A stretch of DNA of 62,977 nucleotides, the filler included. It is 6 parts of 6 records of this genome, joined end to end, with 100 filler letters (N's around TTAATTAATTAA, not from the genome) between each part and the next. Parts side by side here need not be neighbours in the genome. Positions count along the whole stretch, not along the records: positions 18,452 to 27,570 come from SRR31156797_1075; positions 27,671 to 37,938 come from SRR31156797_1083; 4 more parts are not named here. The stretch is one strand, 5' to 3'. The translations under genes were made by a program, and so were the position numbers. Below are positions 18,678-29,471 of the stretch, in pieces. The notes beneath the pieces are model-generated. The model saw only the letters and a list, made by a program, of their open reading frames with translations. It was not told where the DNA came from and did no database searches. Every line of letters begins with the position of its first letter. Position 1 is the stretch's first letter.

Positions 18678-20210
18678 TTATCGGTTCTTCCTGACATGGT
18701 CTACAATGGCATCCACAAGGCCCGGAATGGTGTATTCCGTTGCAACAATCCCGGGATCGATGCCGATCTCGGCAGCCGTATCCGCTGTGATGGGGCCGAT
18801 GCATGCGGCCGTCACCCCGGAGCCGATTTCCGTCTCGCCGTCCTGTTCCAGCATGTTTTTAAAGTTGGTCACCGTTGAGGAGCTGGTAAAGGTCACCATG
18901 TCGATCTCTCCGGCCTTGAGGAGTTCCCTGAGGGTTGCCTGCCCACTGTTTTCGGCAACGGTCTCGTAGGCCGTGACCTCAACGACATCGGCACCCATGG
19001 CGGTGAGTTCCTCGGGCAGGATGGTGCGTGCCACCTTTGCCCTGGGGAGTAACACCCGCTTTCCTTTGATATCCACTCCTGAAAACGCCTCCACCACGGA
19101 TTCCGCCCGGTAGGTTTCGGGCAGGATGTCACTCACGATGCCGTGGGTGGCAAGCTCGGCCTTGGTTGCAGGGCCGATGCAGGCGAATTTGAGATGGCCC
19201 AGCACCCGCACATCCTTATTGCCGGCGTAGAGGGTGTCGAAAAAGTGCTTGACGCCGTTGACGCTGGTGAAGACCACCCAGTCGTAGCCGTCAATGCCGT
19301 TGATGGCATTGACAAGGGGGGCCTGATCTTCCGGTTCCACCACCCGTATGGCGGGGATCTCGATGCACCGGGCGCCAAGGTTTGCCAGCCGTGTCACAAG
19401 ATCGCTGGCCTGGACCCGTGCCCGGGTGACCACAATGGTCTTGCCCAGGAGGGGCCGGGACTCGAACCAGTTCATCTTTTCCCTCAAGGTGACGACGCTG
19501 CCCACGACAATGACCGCCGGCGGCTTTAGCTTTGCCTTTTTTACCTCTTCAACAATGGTTTCCAGGGTGCCGGTAACGGTTTCCTGGAGGGCGGTAGTGC
19601 CCCACCGGACCAGGGCCACCGGGGTATCCGGCGCTTTGCCGCTGTTCATCAGGTTCTCGGTGATGTTGGGCAGGTTCTTCACCCCCATGAGAAATACCAG
19701 GGTGCTGTCGCTCTTGGCCAGGGCGTCCCACTTGATGCTGCTCTCCTGTTTTGTGGGATCTTCATGCCCCGTTATCAGGGATACGGAGGAGGTGTGCTCC
19801 CGGTGGGTCAGGGGAATGCCGGCATAGGCCGGTGCCGCAATGGCGGAGGTGACACCGGGTACGATTTCGAAATCGACGCCATTCTCGATGAGGATCTCCG
19901 CCTCTTCTCCGCCCCTGCCAAAGATGAAGGGGTCGCCGCCCTTGAGCCGGGCCACGATGTGGCCCTCTTTTCCCTTGTCCGCCAGCAGCTGGCTGATCTT
20001 GTCCTGGGAGAGGGTATGGTCCCCGCCCTTTTTTCCCACATATATGATCTCGGCCGTTGGCGCTGCATATTTCAGAAGCACCGGGGCGGCAAGATAGTCG
20101 TAGACGACCACATCGGCTTTTTGGATGCACTCCATGGCCTTGAGGGTCAAAAGGCCCGGATCACCAGGGCCTGCACCGATAAGATAGACTTTCCCGTTCT
20201 TTGTTTCCAT
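18678..20210 (-). CDS. cobA/hemD: Uroporphyrinogen-III C-methyltransferase / uroporphyrinogen-III synthase fusion
   Basis: [29 protein letters not shown]-terminal HemD domain (VVTRA, FTSVNGV, FTSSSTV). Confidence 0.95.
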   Translation of the reverse strand: METKNGKVYLIGAGPGDPGLLTLKAMECIQKADVVVYDYLAAPVLLKYAAPTAEIIYVGKKGGDHTLSQDKISQLLADKGKEGHIVARLKGGDPFIFGRGGEEAEILIENGVDFEIVPGVTSAIAAPAYAGIPLTHREHTSSVSLITGHEDPTKQESSIKWDALAKSDSTLVFLMGVKNLPNITENLMNSGKAPDTPVALVRWGTTALQETVTGTLETIVEEVKKAKLKPPAVIVVGSVVTLREKMNWFESRPLLGKTIVVTRARVQASDLVTRLANLGARCIEIPAIRVVEPEDQAPLVNAINGIDGYDWVVFTSVNGVKHFFDTLYAGNKDVRVLGHLKFACIGPATKAELATHGIVSDILPETYRAESVVEAFSGVDIKGKRVLLPRAKVARTILPEELTAMGADVVEVTAYETVAENSGQATLRELLKAGEIDMVTFTSSSTVTNFKNMLEQDGETEIGSGVTAACIGPITADTAAEIGIDPGIVATEYTIPGLVDAIVDHVRKNR

Positions 20211-21133
20211 CAGCTGTTCAAATTCTCCAAAATTTTATCGGCACCCCTGGAAAGGAGGGTTTCCGCAAGGTCAATGCCTGTCTTTTCCACATCATTCGCA
20301 CTTCCGGTAACAACCTCTTTGATGACGGTCTCTCCGTTTTCAGAGGCAACCACGCCGGTCAGGACCACCGTATCGTTCTCAAACTTGCCGTAGCAGGCCA
20401 CCGGAATGTGGCAGCTTCCTTCCAGGCGCTTTAAAAAGGCCCGCTCTGCCGTGACAACCGTGTTGGTTTCAGGATGGTTGAGAAAGTCAAGGACCGGGGC
20501 GAGTTCTTCATCCCCCTCCCTTGATTGGATGCACAGGGCACCCTGGCCTACGGCGGGCAGCATGATCGTCTCATCCAGGTACTGGCTGATCTTCTCCTTC
20601 ATGCCCAGGCGGTGAAGACCGGCTGCGGCAAGGAGGGTGGCGTCAAACTCCCCTGAGGCGAGTTTCCTGAGCCGGGTATCCAGGTTCCCCCGGATGGAGG
20701 CGGTTTCTATATCGGGCCGGGCGCTTTTGATCTGGGAGGCGCGCCTGAGGCTGCTGGTTCCCACCCTGGCGCCCTTGGGCAGCTGGTCAAGGGTGAGGTT
20801 GTCCTTTGAGATCAGGACGTCAAAGGGGTTTTCCCGCACCGGGACGGCACCGATCACAAGGCCCTCCGGGAGCTCCCCGGGCATATCCTTCATGCTGTGA
20901 ACGGCAATGTCGATGGCGGACTCCATGAGAGCCTTTTCGATCTCCTTGACAAAGAGCCCCTTGCCGCCGACGGCTGCCAGGGGCCGGTCCGTGATCATGT
21001 CACCGGTTGTCTTGATGGTGACGATCTCAACGTTCAGTTCGGGAAATCCCTGTTCGATCTGCTCTTTTACCCAATTGGTCTGCCACAGGGCCAGCTTGCT
21101 GCCCCTGGTTCCTATTTTGATTGTTTTTTTCAT
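20210..21133 (-). CDS. hemC: Hydroxymethylbilane synthase
   Basis: GTRGSKLALWQ, GGKGLFVKEIE, AVHSMKD, GTSSLRR, LEGSCHIPV. Confidence 0.97.
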   Translation of the reverse strand: MKKTIKIGTRGSKLALWQTNWVKEQIEQGFPELNVEIVTIKTTGDMITDRPLAAVGGKGLFVKEIEKALMESAIDIAVHSMKDMPGELPEGLVIGAVPVRENPFDVLISKDNLTLDQLPKGARVGTSSLRRASQIKSARPDIETASIRGNLDTRLRKLASGEFDATLLAAAGLHRLGMKEKISQYLDETIMLPAVGQGALCIQSREGDEELAPVLDFLNHPETNTVVTAERAFLKRLEGSCHIPVACYGKFENDTVVLTGVVASENGETVIKEVVTGSANDVEKTGIDLAETLLSRGADKILENLNS

Positions 21134-21138
21134 GGCGG

Positions 21139-21384
21139 TTATTTGCTGCTACATGTGGAGCAGCTGGTTGCCGAACAGCCGCTGCAGGGAGATGAAGAGG
21201 AGGAGACGGATATCGACTGGCCGTCATCGGAGGCACCGGATGACGCGGTGACAAAACCGCACTTGGATATCAGCCGTGAAAGGTCCTCGCTGCTGCAGGC
21301 GGGGCACTTGGGCACGTCACTGCCCAGGACCAGGGTCTCAAACGTTTTATCGCACTTGTTGCATTTGTACTCAAATATGGGCAT
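21139..21384 (-). CDS. FmdB-family zinc-ribbon protein
   Basis: MPIFEYKCNKC...FE...CPACSS; Cys/Ser-rich tail. Confidence 0.88.
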   Translation of the reverse strand: MPIFEYKCNKCDKTFETLVLGSDVPKCPACSSEDLSRLISKCGFVTASSGASDDGQSISVSSSSSPCSGCSATSCSTCSSK

Positions 21385-21519
21385 TTCTTGTAACCTCTCT
21401 GGAACCCGGATCCCATTGCGCAGGACCCGGGTTTATCCTTAAATTCAGAGCCTGTGGCTCATCCCTAAATGATGCTCATTCATATGAAACAGTCAAGAAG
21501 GCAATGTACAAGTTATAAC

Positions 21520-22482
21520 CTACTTTTGCAAGGCTTGATCTGTTTTTTCGATCACCCCGGCCGCTATCAGGGGAATGAGAATCTCGTGGTGGCCCACGAT
21601 GCTGTAACCCTTGCCCCCCTTAAGGGTTGGACGGTTGACCACATTGGTCATGGGTCTGTAGTGGCGGATGAAATCCAGGTTCACCGTGGTGAAGTTGTCC
21701 GGGGTGTGTCCGAGATTCCTCACAAGGGTCAGGGCCTTTAAAAACACCTCCGGCAGAACCACGGCCGAACCGGCGTTGATGAACACGCCCTTTTCCAGGC
21801 GGGCGACCATGGCGGAAAAGATCCTGAAGTCCAGGTGGGAGGCGGCCCCGCAGGCGGCCGGATCAAAGTCCGGATGCATGTGAATGATGTCGGTGCCCAT
21901 GGCCACATGGACCGTTACCGGAATGTCGAGGCGGGCGCCGGTGGCGATGATGCTCTGGTCCCTGAAGGGCATTTTCTCTTCGTTGATGAGATCCCCCACG
22001 GCCCGGCCCAGCCCCTTGTTTTCCCTGGCGGCCGCCTTGATGGCCCGGCCGAGAAAGACCGAGGTCTCCTCTGCCATGCCGAACCCGCCGTCGCCCATGG
22101 TGGCGGCAACATCTTCGGAGGTTTTGCCGTTCATGGCCACCTCCAGGTCGTGGATGATGCCGGCCCCGTTCAGGGAGAGCATGTTAATCAGTCCGCGCTC
22201 CATGAGGTCGATGAGGATGGGGTTGAGGCCCACCTTGATCACATGGGCGCCCATGGCGAGAAAGATTTGGCGGTTGTCGGCCTTTGCTGTGGCAATGGCA
22301 TCGATCACCCCGTTGAGGTCTTCCCCGGCAAGGATGGCCGGGAGCCGTTCCAGGAAGGTGGCAAAGCTCCCGCCGGGGGTCCAGGGGGTAGAAAAGTCTT
22401 CCACACTGACCTTGCTTTTTCTGTCCTTGATGCTGTACGTGGTGATCTTGGAAAGGTCCACGGGTGTTATCCGGTTAGTCAT
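21520..22482 (-). CDS. Conserved hypothetical protein (DHS-like fold suspected), coupled to gmhA
   Basis: GAHVIKVG, NGAGIIHD, GSAVVLPEVFLKA and GHHEILIP motifs; start overlaps the gmhA stop. Confidence 0.7.
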   Translation of the reverse strand: MTNRITPVDLSKITTYSIKDRKSKVSVEDFSTPWTPGGSFATFLERLPAILAGEDLNGVIDAIATAKADNRQIFLAMGAHVIKVGLNPILIDLMERGLINMLSLNGAGIIHDLEVAMNGKTSEDVAATMGDGGFGMAEETSVFLGRAIKAAARENKGLGRAVGDLINEEKMPFRDQSIIATGARLDIPVTVHVAMGTDIIHMHPDFDPAACGAASHLDFRIFSAMVARLEKGVFINAGSAVVLPEVFLKALTLVRNLGHTPDNFTTVNLDFIRHYRPMTNVVNRPTLKGGKGYSIVGHHEILIPLIAAGVIEKTDQALQK

Positions 22483-23044
22483 TGAACAGCCTCCTTTCCG
22501 TGAGATCACAGAGTATATGTGCAAGGGTGATGTGGGTTTCCTGGATTCTTGCCGTGGTGGCGGAGTTTACGGCAAAGGGAAAGTCCGAGAGTTCCTTCAG
22601 GCGTCCCTTGCCCCCTGACAACCCCATGACGGTCATACCCATGGATCGTGCCGCCTCCACCGCCTTGATCACGTTGGGGGAGTTGCCGCTGGTGGTGATG
22701 GCCATGACAACATCCCCGGGTTTGCCCAGGGCCTGGACCTGCTTGAGGAAGATATCCTCAAAGGAGTAGTCGTTGCCGATGCTGGTGAGAACCGAGGTGT
22801 CGCAGGTCAGGGCGATGGCGGCCAGGGGGGGGCGCTCGATCTGGAACCGGTTGATGAATTCCGCCGCAATGTGCTGGGCATCGGCGGCCGAGCCGCCGTT
22901 GCCGAACAAGAGGATCTTGTTGCCCTTGTCCAGGGCCTCGGCCAGGCAGAGACTTGCCTTTTCGATCAGGGCGGTGTTGGTTGAGATGAACTCCTTTTTG
23001 ACGGAGAGACTCTCTTCCAGGGTGTCAAGTATATGTTGCTTCAT
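22475..23044 (-). CDS. gmhA: D-sedoheptulose-7-phosphate isomerase
   Basis: GNGGSAADAQHIAAE, GNDY, TSGNSPNV, ARIQETH. Confidence 0.95.
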   Translation of the reverse strand: MKQHILDTLEESLSVKKEFISTNTALIEKASLCLAEALDKGNKILLFGNGGSAADAQHIAAEFINRFQIERPPLAAIALTCDTSVLTSIGNDYSFEDIFLKQVQALGKPGDVVMAITTSGNSPNVIKAVEAARSMGMTVMGLSGGKGRLKELSDFPFAVNSATTARIQETHITLAHILCDLTERRLFND

Positions 23045-23070
23045 TAAATATTCTCCGGAACAGCCCGCTG

Positions 23071-24384
23071 TCAGGCAGATCTCTTCTCCAGGGGCTCCCC
23101 GGTTGAAGGGGCCTCTGCCTCGCGTTGCTGTGTTGCTGTATCAAATTCGATCCGGGCCAGGTCCTCCTGACCTGTTTGCTCGTAGAGCCGGCCAAGGCGA
23201 GAGCGGAAAAGCGAGGTGTCCGGATCGATCATTATGCTCTCTTTGGCCAGGGTGATGGCGATCTCGAGGTTTTTCTCCTTCAAGCCGAAGGCGTGGGCCA
23301 GGCCGGACAGGGAAGCCGCATCCGATGGATTCAGCTTGATGGCCCGCTTGAATTCAGCAATGGCCTCGTCGATGCGGTTTGTCTCGAGGTAGTATTCCCC
23401 CATGCGCTTGAACGGGATGCCTGACTTGGTATTGAGTTCCTTGGCCCGGGCAAGGTGGGCCAGTGCCCGGTCGAACTTTTCTTCCTTGAAAAGCAGGTTG
23501 CCGGCCGTGAGCTCCACCTCGAAAATCGCGTCGTCAAGGCGGCTTGCCTGTTCCAGGTACTGGATGGCGCGCTTTTTATTGCCCATGATGTCGCAGACAA
23601 GGCCCAGGTTGTAAATGGCCATCACTTCAGAGGGGTTTGCTTCGATGGCCTGTTTAAACACCTCTTTTGCCTTCTCGGGTTCGTTGGCCATGCCGTGGCA
23701 GACCCCCAGGCTGTTGATGAGGTTGGTGTTGCAGGGGTTGATTTCAAGCCCCCGCCGGTACTCCCGGATCGCGTCGTCGGTGCGGCCCATCTGGTAGATC
23801 CTGTCTCCGCTGATGTTCAGGGAGACATCATCGAAACGCGCCTCACTACCGGGGCCGAAAAAGGCGGCGTGGTCGACGGCCTTGGCCGCATTGTAAAAGG
23901 TTTCCGACCTGGAAAAGTCCATGAAGGGAAACAGGGCGATTCCCAGGGTGGCCTCGATGTCGGGGGATGGGGCCAGGCCCTCCTTGATCCGGGTAAGGCG
24001 GTCGAGGGATGCGGATTCATCTCCATCCCACAGGGCCACGGCAATACTTTCGTGGTCGATCCGTTTCCAGATGCCGGTGCCGGGTTTGACCGCTGCGTCG
24101 AGGAGGGCATTGGCTTCCGTGACCGTTGTCTCGTCATCGGAATCATCCGGAGAAAGGTGCTGCTGCACCACGCCGCAGACAAAGCGGTTGTCCGGAATAT
24201 CGGCCTTCTCCAGGCTGTCGGTAAACGATTTCATCCATGATGGTTCAGAGAGGATCCTGTCCGTAAAATAGTCCGTTGGAACGAAATCCGCAGGCTTTTC
24301 ATCTTCTGGATCGGACTTGAGAAAATGGACCTCCCTTGACGAGAAGCCGTTTCCAGGGTCGCTGAGGGGGGTGTTTTTTGTCAT
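23071..24384 (-). CDS. TPR protein with an N-terminal degenerate GGDEF-like domain
   Basis: ATLGIALFP...NAAKAVDHAAFFG resembles the GGDEF C-terminal half with no GGDEF motif; followed by several TPRs. Confidence 0.75.
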   Translation of the reverse strand: MTKNTPLSDPGNGFSSREVHFLKSDPEDEKPADFVPTDYFTDRILSEPSWMKSFTDSLEKADIPDNRFVCGVVQQHLSPDDSDDETTVTEANALLDAAVKPGTGIWKRIDHESIAVALWDGDESASLDRLTRIKEGLAPSPDIEATLGIALFPFMDFSRSETFYNAAKAVDHAAFFGPGSEARFDDVSLNISGDRIYQMGRTDDAIREYRRGLEINPCNTNLINSLGVCHGMANEPEKAKEVFKQAIEANPSEVMAIYNLGLVCDIMGNKKRAIQYLEQASRLDDAIFEVELTAGNLLFKEEKFDRALAHLARAKELNTKSGIPFKRMGEYYLETNRIDEAIAEFKRAIKLNPSDAASLSGLAHAFGLKEKNLEIAITLAKESIMIDPDTSLFRSRLGRLYEQTGQEDLARIEFDTATQQREAEAPSTGEPLEKRSA

Positions 24385-24387
24385 CTC

Positions 24388-25794
24388 TTAGTTCTCTAAT
24401 AGGATTGTGGCAAGGGCATCTGCGATGATTCGCGCTTCCCCCTGCTGCAAGGTTCTGGGATCAATGATGAATCTGTTATTGTCGATCCTGCCGATGATGG
24501 CAGGCGTGTTCATACGCAGTTTCTTTTCAAGCTGGGCCGCCGACATTGCACGGGGGGTGATGGCGATGCACCGGCTGGGCAGGGCCAGCTCCGGAAAGGC
24601 GCCCCCGCCGGTGCGGGAGGAAAGGTCGGCATATTCTATGACAGCCGATTCTTCAAGCCGCGCCTGGAACTCCTGGAACAGGGGTTCTGCCAGCTTTTTC
24701 GTCTCTTCAAAGCTTAACGCGAGCATCCGCAGGGTGGGAATTTTTTCAACGGCCTCGGTCTCGTTGCGGTAGAGCCTGAGGGTGGCTTCCAGGGAGGCCA
24801 GGGTCAGCTTGTCGATGCGGAGCGCCCGGGTCAGCGGATTGGTCTTGATCTTCTCGATGGCCGCGCGTTTTCCCACGATGATGCCGGTCTGGGGACCCCC
24901 CAGGAGCTTGTCGCCGCTGAAGGTGACGATGTCGGCACCCGAAGCCACGGAATCGGACACCGTGGGCTCCTTGGCAAGTCCGTATTTTGAAAAATCGATG
25001 AGGGTGCCGCTGCCGAGGTCCTCCATCACCTGGACCTTCCTTTCCTTGCCAAGGGCGGCAAGCTCCGGCAGGGAGACGCTCTTGGTGAATCCCTGGATGC
25101 GGTAGTTGCTCGTGTGAACCTTGAGGAGCAGGGCGGTTTCCTCATTGATGGCGGTTTCATAATCCCTGAGGTGGGTGCGGTTGGTGGTGCCCACTTCCTT
25201 CAGGATGCCGCCGCTTTTTGCCATGACATCCGGGATTCTGAAGGAACCGCCGATCTCCACAAGTTCCCCCCGGGAGACGATCACTTCCTTGCCGTTTGCA
25301 AGGGTGTCAAGGCACAAAAGCACGGCCCCGGCATTGTTGTTGACCGCCATTGCCGCCTCCGCACCGGTGAGTTCGCACAGGAGCTCTTCCACGGCCGAAT
25401 AGCGGATGCCCCGCTTACCGGTTGCGATGTTGAACTCCAGGTTGGAATATCCGGATGCCAGGGTGGTGATGTTTGAAAGGGCGTCCTCACAGAGCAGGGC
25501 CCGGCCAAGGTTGGTGTGGAGCACCACCCCGGTGGCGTTGATGCAGGGAACGAGTTTGGGTTTCAGGACCTTTCGTGCCCTGGCAACGGCCATGGCAAGG
25601 CAGTTGCCGGGTTCGACGTCTGCCGTCTCTCCCTTGAGAATCCGGCGTCTGAGGGTCTCCAGGGTCTGCCGGATGGCGGTCTTGAGAACTTTTGGGGGAA
25701 TCTCCCCGGTGGCGGTGTCGGTTTTGGCAAGCTCCAGAAGGGAATCAACCCCCGGAAGCTGTCTGAGAATATCCTGTGTATTGGTCGCTGTCAT
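24388..25794 (-). CDS. selA: L-seryl-tRNA(Sec) selenium transferase
   Basis: INATGVVLHTNLGRA, VNNNAGA, SRGELVEIGGSFRIPD, FSGDKLLGGPQ. Confidence 0.97.
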   Translation of the reverse strand: MTATNTQDILRQLPGVDSLLELAKTDTATGEIPPKVLKTAIRQTLETLRRRILKGETADVEPGNCLAMAVARARKVLKPKLVPCINATGVVLHTNLGRALLCEDALSNITTLASGYSNLEFNIATGKRGIRYSAVEELLCELTGAEAAMAVNNNAGAVLLCLDTLANGKEVIVSRGELVEIGGSFRIPDVMAKSGGILKEVGTTNRTHLRDYETAINEETALLLKVHTSNYRIQGFTKSVSLPELAALGKERKVQVMEDLGSGTLIDFSKYGLAKEPTVSDSVASGADIVTFSGDKLLGGPQTGIIVGKRAAIEKIKTNPLTRALRIDKLTLASLEATLRLYRNETEAVEKIPTLRMLALSFEETKKLAEPLFQEFQARLEESAVIEYADLSSRTGGGAFPELALPSRCIAITPRAMSAAQLEKKLRMNTPAIIGRIDNNRFIIDPRTLQQGEARIIADALATILLEN

Positions 25795-27170
25795 TACTGA
25801 ACCCTCGTGGTGGGTGATGATGTCTGGTCTTTTATGTCAAAGGAACTCAGGGGAATCGAATCTATGAGGCCTGGAAGGTCAAGAACGGTGAGTCCGAGAT
25901 TGTCAAGAATGGTCAACAGGTTTTTTGTTTTGATCTTTTCCAGTTCCAGCCCGGTGTTGAACCTGGACATCAGAAGATCCGCCAGGTGGACGATCCTGAC
26001 CAGGTCCTTGTGATCGGTTGCCTGTTCCGGGGTGTGGTGGAACCGGATCACCTGGGTGAGGGCTGGGGAGAAGTTCCACTGCTTTGCAAGCAGGGCGCCC
26101 GTATCGCAATGGGTCAGGGTGAGGATCTTTTTTTCCAGGTCAAGGGCGGCGGTCCCGTCGTGGTGGATGCCCCTGAAAAAGAGGGGGCAGGCCCGGGTGA
26201 TGTACTGGTCCAGCACCACCTTGCCGATGTCGTGGAGAAGCCCTGCCGTGTAGGCGATCTTCGGGGTTGCCCGGCCCGTGAGGGCAGCGATCTTTTCCGC
26301 GGCCACACCGCAGCCCACGGCATGGAAGAAAATGCCGCCCTTGCACAGGGAGTAGCCCCTTGCTCCCGCCTGGTTGAAATAGTTTTTCACCGCCGCCGTG
26401 ATGATCAGTTTCACCAGCAGGGTTTCACCGAGCAGCAGCACGGCATCTGTGATGTTCTCGATGCGCACCCTGCCTGCGAACATGGCGGAGTTGGATGTCT
26501 GAAGCACCCGGGCGCTCAGCACCTGATCCTTTGCAAGCTCTTCGGTGATGGCCTGGATGTCGTGGCGCTCTTCGTGGACCATGCCGAGGATCTTCAGGGC
26601 CGCCTGGGGGATTGGTTTGAGATTGTTGATGGTCCGGGCCACATCTTCGGATGTGGGCGGGGAAAAGCTGAACTCCTTGTCCATGTCTTCCCGCTGGAGG
26701 GAGGCCGGCCTGATGGCAAATTGTCCGGTTTCCATGTTCAACTCAAGGGTGCAGGTGAAAAAACCGCCGGTTTCGGACTTGACCACCCGGATGCCGTGCC
26801 GTTTGAGGATTTCCAGGGCAATCTCCGTGGATCTGCCGCCGATATTGAGGTTGACATCCAGCTGGCTCAAGGGGGCGACCAGGGCGCCGCCGGCAACGGT
26901 GGCGGTAAGGTTGACCGGATCCGCTCCCATGGCAAGGAGCTCCTTGAGCAGGGCCGGAAGGCCGGTCGAGGCGTATTTTTCAGGGTGCTCAGGTTGAAGG
27001 GATGACGGCGGTTCCGGAAGAAGGATGTGAATCATACCGCCCACTTTTGCAACCCTGTCATAGAGGGCCACGCCGACGCAGGTGCCGAGGAATGCCTGTA
27101 ACAGGACCGGGTGCTGCTTTTCAGCCCTGAAGCTGCCCGCAGGGATGTGCTCTCTCCTGACTATCTCCAT
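25794..27170 (-). CDS. CheD-HDOD fusion protein
   Basis: LGTCVGVALYD..GGMIHILLP and KYAST (CheD); DQVLSARVL..SNS, AGLLHDIGK, IRFHH (HDOD). Confidence 0.88.
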   Translation of the reverse strand: MEIVRREHIPAGSFRAEKQHPVLLQAFLGTCVGVALYDRVAKVGGMIHILLPEPPSSLQPEHPEKYASTGLPALLKELLAMGADPVNLTATVAGGALVAPLSQLDVNLNIGGRSTEIALEILKRHGIRVVKSETGGFFTCTLELNMETGQFAIRPASLQREDMDKEFSFSPPTSEDVARTINNLKPIPQAALKILGMVHEERHDIQAITEELAKDQVLSARVLQTSNSAMFAGRVRIENITDAVLLLGETLLVKLIITAAVKNYFNQAGARGYSLCKGGIFFHAVGCGVAAEKIAALTGRATPKIAYTAGLLHDIGKVVLDQYITRACPLFFRGIHHDGTAALDLEKKILTLTHCDTGALLAKQWNFSPALTQVIRFHHTPEQATDHKDLVRIVHLADLLMSRFNTGLELEKIKTKNLLTILDNLGLTVLDLPGLIDSIPLSSFDIKDQTSSPTTRVQ

Positions 27171-27361
27171 GTGGAATTCTTCTCTCCTGTCTCTTACAAC
27201 TATTTGATTGACCACGTAAACTACATTTAATACCATTATTAGTTAAAAGGTTTCAACCATAAAGTTGTGAGAGTCACTTTAGGCTTGAAACTTGTTTTTC
27301 GATGGCGTATCTTGCCTGGATTTTTATTTTTTTACAGCTTGCAAGGAACCGGAGGGTTGCA

Positions 27362-27570
27362 ATGAAAAAAGGAAACAGTCGTATCATCTTTCCCCTGGAC
27401 GTGGCTTCCGCTGCCGAGGCCGAGGAACTTGTCAAATTGCTTGACGGCCGGGTGGGCATGTTCAAAATCGGACTCGAGCTCTTCATCGACCAGGGGCCTT
27501 CCATTGTGAAGCGGGTCAGGGAATTGAGTTCCGCCGGAATATTTCTCGATCTCAAGCTCCACGATATCTC
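27362..27570 (+). CDS. pyrF: Orotidine-5'-phosphate decarboxylase, 5' part only
   Basis: IIFPLDV...FKIGLELF...IFLDLKLHDI. Confidence 0.92.
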
Positions 27571-27670
27571 NNNNNNNNNNNNNNNNNNNNNNNNNNNNNN
27601 NNNNNNNNNNNNNNTTAATTAATTAANNNNNNNNNNNNNNNNNNNNNNNNNNNNNNNNNNNNNNNNNNNN
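27571..27670. other. Artificial contig spacer
   Basis: N44-TTAATTAATTAA-N44. Confidence 0.98.
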
Positions 27671-29398
27671 AATATTTGTTTGAAATGCAATTTGGTCAAT
27701 TATTGTAATCGCTTCATTGATTGCATTTACTTCACTATTTATCTCTTCCATTGAGGATGATGTTTGTGAAGCAAGTTTTATACCTCTTTTAGAAGAGTCA
27801 GTTACACTTTGCGCATATCTAGACATTTTTGCTGCATTTTGAGAAGTTCCTTGGATTGTTGAAGAAACCTCTTCAATAGCTGCAGCAGTCTCTTCAAGGG
27901 CTGCTGCTTGTTGATTAGAAGATGTACTTAAATTAGAAGAGGCTACACTTAAATCTTTTGCAGCAAATGTTAATCTTTTTGTTGCATTATCAATTAAAGC
28001 TATTATTTCAGAGATTGTTGATTGGGTTACTTTTGTCCCACTTAGCAGTGAAGCAATAACACCTGTAACTCCGTCAATTCTAGGGATATCATAATCAAAG
28101 TTTGCTTTTGAAAGTGCTGATAGTGCATTTGAAATCACTAGAATATTTTTTTGAGTCGAGTTAATCATTTCATTGATTGAATCAATTAGTAAATTTACCT
28201 CTTTTGATGAAGCCTGAGATATGATCCTGTCATTAAATAAACCTACACTCACTTTTCCCATAACTTTCCGTGCTTCATCTATAACTATTTTATCTTCTTC
28301 AATATTTTTCTTAATATTTAAAATATATTCATTAAAACTTTTTACTACATCTGCAATTTCATCATTTGAAGTAACTTCTATTGTATCTGCTGAATTATCA
28401 TCTTTTATATTCTTGATTGCTTCATTTAGTTTTTTTAAAGGTTTTAAAATGATTTGTTTCATATTTATTATTGTAATAATCAAGTTTACAACTAGAGCGA
28501 TTACAAGAATAATTAATGCAATAAAGATTAATTTTGTAGATTTTTTAATAGTTTGGTTTACAAGTTTTATTGGTTCTGCAATTAGTGCTATACCTACTTT
28601 TTTATTATCAAAATTTTTTATATCTATATATGTGTACAAATTACTATTTGTTTCATAAAGTCCATTTTCTAGTAGTTGTTTTTTGTTTATGTTTTTTATA
28701 TCTGTAATAAAATCATCATTAACAAACTTTTGTGATAAAACATAATCCTCTAATATAATATTGCTTTTTGGATTTGCTACACTATGTGATTTATCCATTA
28801 ATAATACAAAGTGTCTGTCAACCTTTTCAAACTTTTTGGCTACAGAGTTAAGACCTTGCATAAATTCTAAAGAACCAATATGGTTTTTATCAAAGAAGAC
28901 TGGCACTACAGATCTAATACTAAGACCATCTTTGCCAATTTCAAAAGTATTAATTGCTTTTAATGTTTTATTTACTTCTACAACACTAGGTCTAAATGAA
29001 CTTAAATCATCACCTGCTTTTGACTCATCCCAACTTCTTAAAAATGAGATATTATCTTTTGTATGAATATGAACTTTTATATTTTTAAAAGGTGTATTTT
29101 CTTTCATATCAGATGATAAATTCTTTAGAGCATCTATAGCTAGGTCTCTATTGTTTGTTTCTAAGGCTTCTTTTATTTCAATATTATTTGAAATAGATAT
29201 TGCATTTGATATTCCAACTTCAAATTTTGATTCAATTTTTGAATTTGCCAAATCTTTTAAAGAGATAATAACCTTGTTTAGAACTTCATTTTTTATGCTT
29301 TGTTTGTATGAGTCTAAAATAAAGTATCCAACTATAAACATTATTATAGTTGAAACTAAACTAATAGTGGAGAATTTTCTAAGAATTGATTTTTGCAT
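27671..29398 (-). CDS. Methyl-accepting chemotaxis protein (Cache + HAMP), 3' end cut by the contig boundary
   Basis: Two TM segments, DEIADV HAMP, QQAAALEETAAAIEE, IIDQIAFQTN. Confidence 0.93.
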
Positions 29399-29471
29399 AT
29401 AATAACCTTTAGATAAAAAAGTAAATTATAATCTAACTAAATTAAATAGGTTATTAAATTATGCTAAAAAT

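Noticed and set aside
1815-27005. Many long overlapping or antisense ORFs in the GC-rich contigs (e.g. 12667-14043, 25986-27005, 21884-22618)
   Set aside because: They are shadows of well-supported genes, expected from high GC3, and carry no motifs.
18452-27570. Selenoprotein (in-frame TGA) genes near selA
   Set aside because: Neighbouring genes look full-length, and I saw no TGA-interrupted frame with a SECIS-like hairpin.
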